Of a stretch of DNA of 64,000 nt, positions 23,816 through 35,140 are shown piece by piece. This DNA is from Macrostomum lignano (taxonomy: Eukaryota). The first letter of the stretch is position 1, and each line of letters begins with the position of its first letter. The translations under genes and the position numbers were made by a program. The notes under the pieces were generated by a model that worked only from the letters and a program-made list of their open reading frames with translations, searched no databases and was not told where the DNA came from. Where the stretch lies: contig NIVC01002627.1 in NCBI GenBank assembly GCA_002269645.1, positions 54,075 through 118,074 of the forward strand. The letters run 5' to 3'.

Positions 23816-26800
23816 TTCGATACTCAGAAAGAGCCACACAACCTCTCAGCACGGTGGGCAGAATGGGCCAACCGATTCAAGTGCTTTGTGACTGCAAGCG
23901 GCATAACAGATGCAAGTCAACAACGAGAGATTCTACTTTACGTCGGCGGCAAACAGGTGGCTGAAGCGTAAGCAGAACTCACGAAGACAGGCAAGACCCT
24001 CGAAGAGCTCCTGGACGCCCTCAGAGAGCACTTCAAGAGCAGGCACAACCCGGTATTCGTGCGATAGGAATTCCGGCACTGCACGCAGCAGCCCGGCGAA
24101 GCCATCAACGCCTGGGTGCAACGGCTGTTCAAGGCTGCAGAAGGCTGTGAATTCGAGACTCAGCGGGATCTCATCATCCGAGACCAAATTGTCGCCGGCT
24201 GCCAGTCAGACCAGCTCCGGCGCAGGTTGCTGCAGAAACCCAATATCCAGCTCAAAGAAGCGCTGCAGCAAGCCAGGGCATTCGAGGCGGCCGACCTTCA
24301 ATCTGCAGTCATCGAAGCGCGGAAGAGCGAGTCTGTGAACGCAATGCGGCGTATCGAGAAGCCAGACCGACCGGAGCGAACCAGAACAAAGTGCATCCGC
24401 TGTGGAGAGTCGGACCACCGAACGTGCGAGGCGGCCAGAGGAAAGACGTGTCGGAACTGCAACAAGGTCGGCCACCTGGCAAAAGCGTGCTTGTCCAAAC
24501 CCGCGAGCTCCAGAAAGGTGCACGCCATTGCCGAGGAGCAGCCGAGTGATCAGCAACAGCGAGACAGTGAGAGCAGCTGCGAGGTGTTCTGCCTGACGCC
24601 ACAGCGTAAGCGACTGCCGCTCGTTAGAGCAGACATCAACGGCCACGCCACAGACCTGCTAATCGACAGCGGCGCCAGCTGCAATCTAATGGACTCAAAA
24701 ACTTTCAAGGCCATCGGAAGCACGGCAGACGACCTTCGCGAGTCAAGGCAGCGGGTCTTCCCGTTTGGCTCCAGTGAACCCCTCACCACTCTTGGCAAAG
24801 CGACCCTCCGGACCGCCGTTTATGACGTCAGCGCCAGCATTAGCTACATCATCGTCAAGGAGACGGGCACGACGATCGTGGGCCGCGAAACCAGCGAGGA
24901 GGTGGGAATCCTACGCATCGGACCAAGCAACCCCAGCGTCTGTCATCTGAAAGACTCTGGTGAGTTCCATGAGCCACTCAGCGCTGCATTGGTGGCCGCA
25001 GCGACGGAGGCAGACGATCAGGCAATGCCACAGCACGAGCGCCTCAGCAACATTATCAAGACCTTCAGGCAGCGATTTGTGGGAATTGGGTGCGTCAAGG
25101 ACGTTGAAGTCGGCATCCACCTGCAAGACGGAGCCGTGCCGGTCTGCCATCCGCCAAGTCGCATCTCCGTGCATCTGCGGGAGGCTGCGCAGCGCGAGCT
25201 CGACGATCAACTGCAGGCTGGAATAATCGAGAAAGTGACCGGACCGTCCGAATGGGTGGCACGAATAGTTATTGTCCCGAAGTCGCAGCCTGGCCAAGTG
25301 CGCATTACCCAAGATCTGCGAGATGTGAACAAGTTCTTAGTGCCTGAGAAACAGCCCATACCAACTTTTGAAGAGGTCACTGATGAAATGGCCGGTGCGC
25401 GCTACTTCCCCGAGTTGGACATCAACAAGGCGTTCCACCAGATCCGCGTCCGAGAAGACTCGCGCCATCTGCTAACATTTTCGACGCCGAAGGGTCTCAT
25501 GAGACTGACGCACCTGTGCATGGGCTTTACGTCAGCGTCTGAGATTCTACAACGAGTCATGACCAGCGTGCTCGGTGGGCTTCCAGGAGTCCGCTGGGTA
25601 CATGACGACATTATCATCTATGCAAGCTCCATCATTGAGCACAACCAGCGGCTAGCGGCAACCTTGCAAAGGCTAGAAGAGCACAACATCACCTTAAATC
25701 CTGCAAAGTGCAAGTTCGCCGTCAAGGAGGCCAAGTTTCTCGCTATGCGCCTGTCCGAGAAGGGCATCCAACCGACAGACGAGAAGGTGAGCGCTGTGAA
25801 AGCATTCAGAGCACCGAAAAACGCGTCCGAAGTGAGGTCCTTTCTCGGCCTTGTGGCTTTTGTCAGTCGCTTTATCCCAGCCCTGTCAGACATAGCCAAG
25901 CCCCTGCGAGATCTGACCAGAAAGGATGCGCCGTGGTCCTGGGGAGCGGCTGAGGAGACTGCTTTCAGCGCCATCAAGAACTCGATCTCCGCGAGCAGCA
26001 CACTGGCATTCTTTGACAAGCGCAGACCCACAGAAGTGATCGTGGATGCCAGCCCGACGGGACTCGGAGCGATCCTCAGCCAACAGCAGCCAGACGGCAG
26101 CCTGCGACCGATCGCCTACGCAAGCCGCGCACTGTCAGCGGTGGAGACGCGCTATTTTCAGACGGAAAGACAAGCCCTCGCCGTCAAATTCGGTTGCCTG
26201 CGCTTCCGCCATTACCTCAGTGGTTCGTCCGGTTTCCGGGTCGTCACTGACCACAAGCCGCTGGTGCACCTATTTAAGCCAGGATCGCATCCGCCACCAA
26301 GAATCGAGAGGATGGCACTGAGCATCCAGGACCTGGTGTTCGAGACAATGTACAGGCCAGGCTCGACCAATCCCAGTGACGTCCTAAGCCGGCAAATCTT
26401 CCCAGCATCAGCGGTCTCCAGCGCCGAAGCAACCAGGGACAACCACTACATCAACAGCATTGCCGAGGATTCGACCCCAAAGGGACTGGCGCTGCAACAG
26501 CTTAAGGATGCAACAGCGAGAGACGGAGCCCTCCAAGCAGCCATCTCAGCACTCCGAGATCAGCACTGCAAGTGGGATCTCCGAGAGGCTACCCTGCGGT
26601 CGCTGCACGCAGTCAAGCAGGAGCTCTCCGCAGCAGACGGAATCCTACTGAGAGGCCAGCGCATCGTCGTCCCCGAAGCGCTGCAGCTGACGGTGCTGCG
26701 GCTCGCTCACTAAGGACACCAGGGAGCAAAGAAGACGCAGGCGAGGTTATCGGCGAAGGTCTGGTGGCCCGGTATGGCAGGACAGGCGCAGCGGATGTGC

Positions 26801-27736
26801 AACGTCTGCCTCCCGTGTCAAGCTGCGAGTCATCAGGCCGAAGTTCCAGCAGCGCCGTTGCAAGCCACACCACTGCCACCGCATGCCTGGCACACCCTGG
26901 GCATCGACTTCACCGGGCCAGTGCAAAACAAGCATCTACTCGTCATAGTTGACCGTTTCTCCCGCTATCCGATAGTCATCAGCATGTCGTCCATGACAGC
27001 CGAGGCGGTCACCAAGCAGCTCCGGAAGCTATTCTCCACGTTCGGCAGACCAGCGCAGCTCGTCTCAGACAACGGGCCCCCGTTCAGCTCGCAAGCCTTC
27101 CACGACTTCCTCCGCAGCAACGGCGTGCAGCACCGCTCCATCACTCCGTACCACCCGGCAGCAGATGGAGTCACCGAACGCATCAACCGCTCGATTAACA
27201 AGATCATCCGCATCGCAAGCATCGAGAAATCCGACTGGCGGGCCGCACTCGAAGACTGGCTGGAGGCCTACCGCAACACGCCGCACAGCAGCACTGGAGC
27301 CACCCCTGCGGAGCTGATGTTCCAGAGACAGGTGCAAGACTGCATCCCCAGCATGCGGCAGCGCAGCCGAGTGCCCAGCACTTTGGCCGCGGTCAGGGCT
27401 CGCGACAGCGCCGCCAAACAACGGATGGCGCGCGATGCAGATGAGCGCCGAAGAGCCGCCAGCCACAATGTCATAGCAGGCGACTCGGTGCTGCGCAGGC
27501 GGCGCCCTGCCTCCAAAATGCAGTCGTCGAGGAGGTTAAAGGCGACTCCCTCATCCTGCGCAGAGCGCACGAGTCCTGCATGCGCCACATCACGGACCAC
27601 AAGCGCCTGCCGACGGCCGACTTCCCGCCACCGCCGCCCACGCCGCCACCGACCGAAGGCAGGTCGAAGTCACCCGAGTCCGCTGCGGGCTCACCCACGT
27701 GCGTGTAAAAGCCGACCAATGAGTTTAAACTACTGA
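23816..27736 (+). mobile_element. Degenerate Ty3/gypsy retrotransposon gag-pol (gag with CCHC knuckles, PR, RT, RNase H, INT); no LTRs visible
   Basis: One reading frame from FDTQKEPHNLSARWAEWANRF through CRNCNKVGHLAKAC, protease LIDSGAS, RT ELDINKAFHQ and VHDD, RNase H VDAS/TDHKPL, integrase H*GH...C..C, IDFTGP, SDNGPPF and TER. In-frame stops at 23969, 24065 and 26711; frameshift near 27523. Confidence 0.95.
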
Positions 27737-27899
27737 GCTAATTGACTGACTTTGCAAAAAACTGACTGATCTTTTAAATTTTACAAGCAAACTGTGCGCT
27801 CCCTATTTTTGGTAAAGGGGTGTCCCTGCCGGTCTCGTTTTATTTTTAATCTTCAGCTGCATAGCTTTTAGCTTTTGCCTCAAAGGCCAAATATTCGCA

Positions 27900-28070
27900 A
27901 ATAATGCTCGTATTTATATTCGAAACTAATGCTTGTTTTTATATTCGAAACTAATTCTCGTTTTTATATTCGAAACTAATGCTCGTTTTTACATTCGAAA
28001 CTAATGCTCGTTTTTATATTCGAAACTAATGCTCGTTTTATATTCGAAACTAATGCTCGTGTCTATTTTC
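27900..28070. repeat. ~26-bp repeat (TATTCGAAACTAATGCTCGTTTTTA)n, about 6 copies
   Basis: Tandem units. Confidence 0.88.
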
Positions 28071-28461
28071 ATAAGCAATGCTCATTTGATCGTAACTAAT
28101 GCTTAAATTCTTATCCATGCTCATATTTGTGTTTTTGCCCTAATGAATATTCGTTCTCACATCCGTATATTTTAATACTATTAATTCACATCCATTCCCC
28201 TCTGATTCCCACTTCGAAATGTCTACTACTTAGCTTCCCATTTGCTCTTATCTCCTAACTTTTATCCGCTTGGGGAAGGATGTTGGCCGTACACCGTTTA
28301 ACTCTCTGACCCTAAAGTGCACAATGCCTGCCCCCGTCGCTCTGCAGCCAATCAGCTTGCACGCTTCTTGTTTATCAGGCGCAACTCCACCCCACGCAAA
28401 TATCGATTTCTAAATATATATATTGCATGGCGCTCAGGGCCGCGCAGTGGCCAAGCCTTTT

Positions 28462-28710
28462 CTTACCCCTAAAACAAATCTACAGTCGGCAGGACCGGCC
28501 AAAGCCAAGGTCAGGGTGTGCCGGAAGGCAGGAAGTCGGTCGGCCATTTTCGAGCGCGGGTCAAGTTGCCGCCTTTTATAGCTCTCATGCGGCCGATTTG
28601 TTATAACGCGCGCCGAATTTTCTGATTGGCTGAGAGCTTTTGTTAAAATAGGCGCCGAATTTTCTGATTGGACGAGCCGGGGGCAGTCAGGTCGTCTCTG
28701 ATTGGCTGAG
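28462..28710 (-). promoter_or_regulatory. Putative minus-strand Pol II promoter: 3 CCAAT boxes, TATA, YY1/ETS-like motifs and a 5' splice donor
   Basis: Plus-strand ATTGG at 28625, 28665 and 28701; minus-strand TATAAAAG at 28580-28573; AAAATGGCCG at 28550-28541; GGAAG cores at 28523 and 28531; GGG|GTAAGA at 28466. Confidence 0.45.
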
Positions 28711-29348
28711 CTCAAGACCCCAAAACCCACCCCACCAGGTGGCCTTCAGACCCCAGGGAAGTTGACAGGTGCGGTAATAAATCATGTGCAAAGGATAATA
28801 AAAGTCACTTGTCTAGACATCCTGGCGCCAAAAGTGACAGCAAAACGCCCTTAAATCAAAGGAGAAGGTAACAGAGCGAGTGGGGAGAAAGCTGGAAAGA
28901 CCTCTTTGACCCAGACAGGCTGGAGCCAAAGTGACAGCTAGACCGCCATAAGTCACTAAAAAACAGTGAAAAAGTCTCAAATCAGGGGGTCAGAATGCGA
29001 TTAAAAACATTCCTCCCAGATGTAGTGTCGCCTGTCTAGACTGTTAGAGGTCAATCCGCCTCAGACCCAGACAGTCTGACCTTCAAAGATGCGTAAACAA
29101 TCCAAAATTAGAATCCTAACGGAAGTACCTTACCTTGAGTATCTAACATAAATAATAATAATGTCATAAATTATAGAACTCCGCCTAGATGAGAGAATAG
29201 AGAGAAAATCTAAGTTAGCCTACTGAACAGTAGGGGAAAGAGCGCATCAAAGCAAAAGGTGCGGTTTTAAGATTGAAAAAATGCGTCCTCATCACAATAA
29301 TCAATTTCCACAATTGGTCTGTGTTCAATTACATGTACTAGCAGAGAT

Positions 29349-29726
29349 TTATGTTATGTTTTTGTTAGAGGCAGGGGGGTTGCGTGCACCCTGGCGCACT
29401 TTAAGCGACATAGGCACACAACCGGCGAGAGGCATTACTGCCCATTCCGCCGACTCCCCTGAGCAAGCATCCAAGTGCGCGGATACGTACGCAGGCACAC
29501 ACTCACACAGGAGTGTACGTGTACAGCGGCCCTAACTTTATTTTATCGTTAGGCATGTACACTTCACTGCGCCTTGCTTGGGGGGTACGTTGGCTCTCAA
29601 GGCCGTTAATTGCACGAGCAGAGCCAAGCCGAGATTCCAATTCAGCCCCAAATTAATCTGACTGCACTTGGAATCGAGCCTGGGGCACACCAGAGCAGCT
29701 CGCTACCGCTGGGCTACGGCTCCCCC
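29349..29726 (-). mobile_element. Putative tRNA-derived SINE
   Basis: Minus-strand head GGGGGAGCCG-TAGCCCAGCGG (A box, 29716-29706) and GGCTCGATTCC (B box with 1 mismatch, 29680-29670); A-rich/ACATA tail near 29363-29349; no clear TSD. Confidence 0.6.
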
Positions 29727-30043
29727 ATTTACTGGTAGAGATACAACAGACCAGTCCCGTTCGGCCGTACATGTAGCTCTGTGTTTGTAGGCATTATTAT
29801 ATGATTGATGATTTAAATAGAATCCTCCTTTATTAATATATTAATAATAGTAATAGTAAGTAAGGCTCTAACAATTAGTAATAATGTTTTCTATTTTAAA
29901 TCCTTGTTTGTCCCTAGCTCAGTCAATACTTAATCTTAGCTTTGATTGGTGGCAGCGACTCTACCTTTCGACACTATATTTAGGAAGAAAATATTTTGGG
30001 GAGGAACTCCAATAAATCAAGGAATATATTTTGCATATCTATC

Positions 30044-30740
30044 AGAGGGTGCTGACCAATTCGGTGACAAACAAATTCAGCGACTGAAATTCACTGGACA
30101 AATTCGGTAAAAGCAGATTCGGCAACAACCTAGTCGCTTTCGGCGACAAAACAATTTTGTATAATCCTAATTATTATTTTAGTACAATTTGGTATTAAAA
30201 TTTGCATTTTAGCTATCTTTCCTTTTAATTGCGTTTGTTTTATCGATTATTATCCCTGTACTTTTCAAATGTATTTTCCAAGAAATGTTCTTTTGGTTAA
30301 AGATCTGCGCAATGTCCTATTTTTGTGGAACAAAATTTCTTATATCAAAGCCAAAAGTCATGCAAGAGTTTAGTGGCTAGAGTCTTAAGACACCTCTTTG
30401 CCAGTATAGTATCAATTGACAGTAATTCTTGGACTTGATGTACACTTTTCTACAGTGCGCTCAGCTGACGAATGACGATGCACACCTCATTCCCTCGTAC
30501 ATCGTACTCAAGTTTAAGACGTGTTGTACGTCTGTCGTCTTGTACACACACAGTACTGTTAACGAAGGGGATAGGGGTTAGTCTGACAGATGGCTTATAT
30601 CTGAAGCCTCATGGGTGCAATCAGTAAATAGGACTTACTTACAAAGACTGTCGCCGAAATTGCTTTCACCAAATTTTTCCATGTTAGGGCCTAATTTTTG
30701 TCGCCGAATTTGTTTGTTGCTAAATTTGCCTACATCCTCT
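30044..30740. mobile_element. Putative MITE / non-autonomous DNA transposon with imperfect inverted ends
   Basis: 30044-30150 is an imperfect reverse complement of ~30645-30740 (AATTCGGTGACAAACAAATTCAGCGAC vs rc AATTTAGCAACAAACAAATTCGGCGAC; both ends AGAGG[G/A]TG); no ORF. Confidence 0.55.
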
Positions 30741-32543
30741 ACTACAGTATTAGACCATCTCAAGGTAATGAAAATGCCCAATCAACCAGTAATAACCATG
30801 GCCATGCAGTAGCCTTAGGCCATTATTATCTGGCTACCATAGGAGAAGTTAGGCCTAATTGGAATAGTACCTAGGTAGCTAGGCCTAAGCCAAGCTAAAG
30901 AGAAAGAGAATTGTGTCAGAAACTTAGGCCAAGTCTTCATTGGTTGAAAAGTGCAAAGACTAGGCCTATAACTGTGTGCAATGATGCATGTCCAATTTAT
31001 TTTAATATAGAAATGTAGATGATGTAGAGCAAATTTGTCTATTGTCTTCTAAACATTGTCTTCTAATTTGTCTTCTAAATTGTATTTCATTTTATAAATA
31101 CTTTACTAATACAAAAGTCTATGTTTGTAACTCTGCAATTTTCTAGTCCCAAGTCTAGAATAAGAAAGGAAGGAATTTTAAGTTCATAGCCTTGAAGTCT
31201 CATAGTTTGGCCTTTATTTTTATATACTTATAGTAGCATTTATAAATTGAGTCTATAATTGTTTTTATTGGTAGATGACAAACTGACCAAACTCTAAAAC
31301 ATGCCAATTGGTTAGAGTTAAATGACAATAGACAAAGTATCTTATTTTCAAAGTAGATGCCAAAAGTATAAGATTTATAATAGTAATAAGGGCTGCCCTC
31401 GCCCTCAAGTCCCCTTTCTTGTGCCAGACTATGCTAATATGCTAGATTGCACTTGCATTACCAAGGCCAATCAATGTTGGACATTGTCTATAATAATGGT
31501 CATTGATTGCAATAGAGACCCTAATAGAAATAGATGTCTTTTTTATTTGGTATCAATATTTAGGCATACAGGTTAGGGATATTAGGGATATTAGGGATAT
31601 ATAGTTAACCATTTACCCATTTATTAAGTGGCAATCTCTAATAGTATGTATAATTTGATAAGCCTTTCCTTTTAAGCCATGGCTTATCTTTAACTCAGTC
31701 TTATTTTCCTTTAATGCTAGGCCTATAAACAATTCTTAATTGACCTTTGGCAGCTTAATAACCCTTTTCCCTTATAAGCTATATCATTTTAGCAATCCCC
31801 TAAGTAATTCTATGTCCCAGCAATTCATCCCAGGAGCCTTGACATCTCATTAGTTCTATTTGGTATATTAAGACTTAACATAGCCTAATCTAAATATACT
31901 AAATAATAACTAATTTTCATGATGTCTTATTGTCATGAAGACACCATAGTTCAGATTGTGTATTTGTGTATGCTGGGTCTAATGCTAGAAAAAAGATGAG
32001 ACCTCATATGCTAAGACTAAAAAATGTTTCTACCATGTCATGTACACCAGGATGTATGCTGATATATGCTAAAATAGCAAGTAACTTTGCCCTTTCATAT
32101 CACCTTAACTATGGTATAGACAGAGATAGACATTCCAATTTTTGCTAGGATTTTGGCTTTTAAGAGTGGGATTCTATTCTAATATGTTAACTTGTTAAGC
32201 ATATATAAAGTTCAAATAGGTATCAAAATGTTTTGGATTGGCTAGTATTGGGATCACAATTTTTAAAGGGATTTTGCACAGCCTCTGGCCAATCCAGTTG
32301 GCTTGCGAGGGGCCCAGCCAAGGCAAGCTGCAAAAATACCCACCCCAAAATACAGACAGTGCTAAATAGATGCTGAGGCATTTAATTTTAATAATACAGT
32401 TATAGTTACTCCCGCCATTTACCCAAAATTATGTAAGTTGTGCTTGTTTAGTACAGTGATTATATATGATTTGAAAAAATATTACAATCACTTATTTAAT
32501 GATTGTTTGCCTGCACTTCTGTAAAAATCTTATTTTAAATAAG

Positions 32544-35049
32544 ATGGAGAATGACTACTCTGATGCCTGGCGACCAAAACGGCGCCACTATGCGCGCGAG
32601 AAACCGGCGGCGCGTTCCGCCCCGGCGCCAGTCAATCATCCACTTAAAAGTCGCTTCATTGCGTCAGTTGCAACCGCGGATGCTGGGCTGCCCAGCTCTG
32701 TTGATGAAGCTCGAGTAGACTCGAATTCGAAGCAACCTAGCACCGTGCCAAAGCAGCAACAGCAGCAGCAGCAAAAACAGTCGGCTGCAGAATTTGTCGA
32801 TCCGCTATCGGCGATGAGCGATCCGCTTGGCGCCATGCTTGGCGCCGGCGCCCCAGATCCCCTTGGCGCCAGCAAGTCTTCTTCTTCATCCGGCCCTCTG
32901 CAGCAGCAGCTGGATCAGCGAAAGCTATATCAAAATCGCCCAATACTACTATTAATAGCCTATCAGATATGGAGCCTTGGGATGTGCGGAAATCCGCTAT
33001 ATTGGCTAAATATACAACTACAGCTAAGCTGACTTTGGTTAGCAGCTATTTGGCGCCATCGTCTTTGTCGGCGGCGTCGTCTGGCGCTACTGGCGCCTCG
33101 TCGACCGCTTCGGCCGCGGCTGCAGCGGCGCAGAGCTCCTCAACCAGCCTGTCGGATAAGGTGGGATTTCCTCTCATGCATGTTTCTTCTCTCTCATAAA
33201 TGTACCTATCATATCTGTCTCTTCTCTCATACCTGTCTCTCATACCTGTCTACATCTCACACCTGTCTCCCTCTCATACTTGTCTCCCTCTTTCCTGTCT
33301 CCCTCTCTCCTGTCTCCCTCTCTCTTGTCTCCCTCTCTCCTGTCTCCCTCTCATACCTGTCTCCCTCTCATACCTGTCTCCCTCTCTCCTGTCTCCCTCT
33401 CATACCTGTCTCCCTCTCTCCTGTCTCCCTCACTTACCTGTCTCCCTCTCATACCTGTCTCCCTCTCATACCTGTCTCCCTCTCATACCTGTCTCCCTCT
33501 CATACCTGTCTCCCTCTCATACCTGTCTCCCTCTCATACCTGTCTCCCTCTCTCCTGTCTCCCTCTCATACTTATCTCTCTTTTACCTGTCTTCCTCTCT
33601 CATACCTCTATGTCCCTGTCTTACCTGTCTGCTCTTCCTCATCCGCGCTTCACCCCACCGCACCTGATATGCAGGTAAAGAGCCGTCTTGAGCAGCTAGA
33701 CGAGCTGGCCGAAGACACCAGCTCCAAGGAGGTGCTGAGTTTAAGCCAGGCCGATTTCGCCGCAAAAGTTGACGAATTAACTCGTGCCCTGCGCCGCGCC
33801 TGGGACGAAGATCAACGAGTTCGCGCACTCAAACTCGTCATCCAGTGCGTGAAGTTGCTCGGAGACTCAACACCAGCCTCTTATTATCCTAGCAAGTTTG
33901 TTCTGCTCACGGATCTGTTAGATACCTTTGGCAATTTGGTGTTCGATCGGTTGGCGGAAAAGGTATGCGCGGTTTTTAATTCCAACTGGTAGTTCTGGGG
34001 GGAATCATGGTTCTTATTTTGACGGAATTTGGCAATCCTTTTCCTTAAATACAGAGTCAATTGGCATCTCAGCAACTCCCCATTGTGGGCCAATTGGCAT
34101 CTCAGCAACTCCTCATTGAGCCAATTGGCATCTCAGCAACTCCCCATTGAGCCAATTGGCATCTCAGCAACTCCCCATTGAGCCAATTGGCATCTCAGCA
34201 ACTCCCCATTGAGCCAATTGGCACCTCAGCAACTCCCCATTGAGCCAATTGGCATCTCAGCAACTCCCCATTGAGCCAATTGGCATCTCAGCAACTCCCC
34301 ATTGAGCCAATTGGCATCTCAGCAACTCCCCATTGAGCCAATTGGCATCTCAGCAACTCCCCATTGAGCCAATTGGCATCTCAGCAACCCCCCCATTGAG
34401 CCAATTGGCATCTCAGCAACTCCCCATTGTGGGCCAATTGGCATCTCAGCAACTCCCCATTGAGCCAATTGGCATCTCAGCAACTCCCCATTGTGGGCCA
34501 ATTGGCATCTCAGCAACTCCCCATTGAGCCAATTGGCATCTCAGCAACTCCCCATTGAGCCAATTGGCATCTCAGCAACTCCCCATTGAGCCAATTGGCA
34601 TCTCAGCAACTCCCCTATGGAGAATTAACACGAATGTACTGTAACTGACAACTTTAACGGCAGTCAATTCATGAGTACCAGTACGCATAAAGTACTTTAA
34701 GTAGCATAGCTTAGTGATTACTTGTAGTGAATATTCTTAACTACTGAAATATGAAATACGCAGGCCAGCGGTGGCGGCAAGCTGCGCCCGGATTTCCGAT
34801 CCAATTCCGTGCCAGAAGGCGCCAAAGAGACGGCCAAGAATTGGTTTTACAAAATCGCTTCGATTCGCGAGCTGCTACCCCGGCTGTACGTTGAAGCTGC
34901 ACTGCTGCCCTGCTATCGGTTTGTTGACGATCGATTGATTGGCCCGGCTATCGGCCGGCTGGGCGGTATGTGCCGCGGCATCGGCAATCAGACTGTGGCC
35001 GCTTACGCCCGCTGCTACCTGGCTAGGTAAATTTAGTAGAAGTAGTAAC

Positions 35050-35107
<58 letters not shown>

Positions 35108-35109
35108 AC

Positions 35110-35140
<31 letters not shown>

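Noticed and set aside
26711-26713. TAA between the pol and integrase ORFs as programmed readthrough
   Set aside because: It falls inside the integrase LAHEGH motif rather than at a gag-pol boundary, so it is best explained as a GAA-to-TAA mutation.
32876-32966. Small intron in VPS35L exon 1 ending at TATCAG
   Set aside because: The nearby GT donor (32876) is weak and of the wrong phase; the frameshift reading is more parsimonious.
34054-34615. Regular ~31-bp repeats with a palindrome, superficially CRISPR-like
   Set aside because: No unique spacers, no cas genes, and the array lies in a eukaryotic intron.
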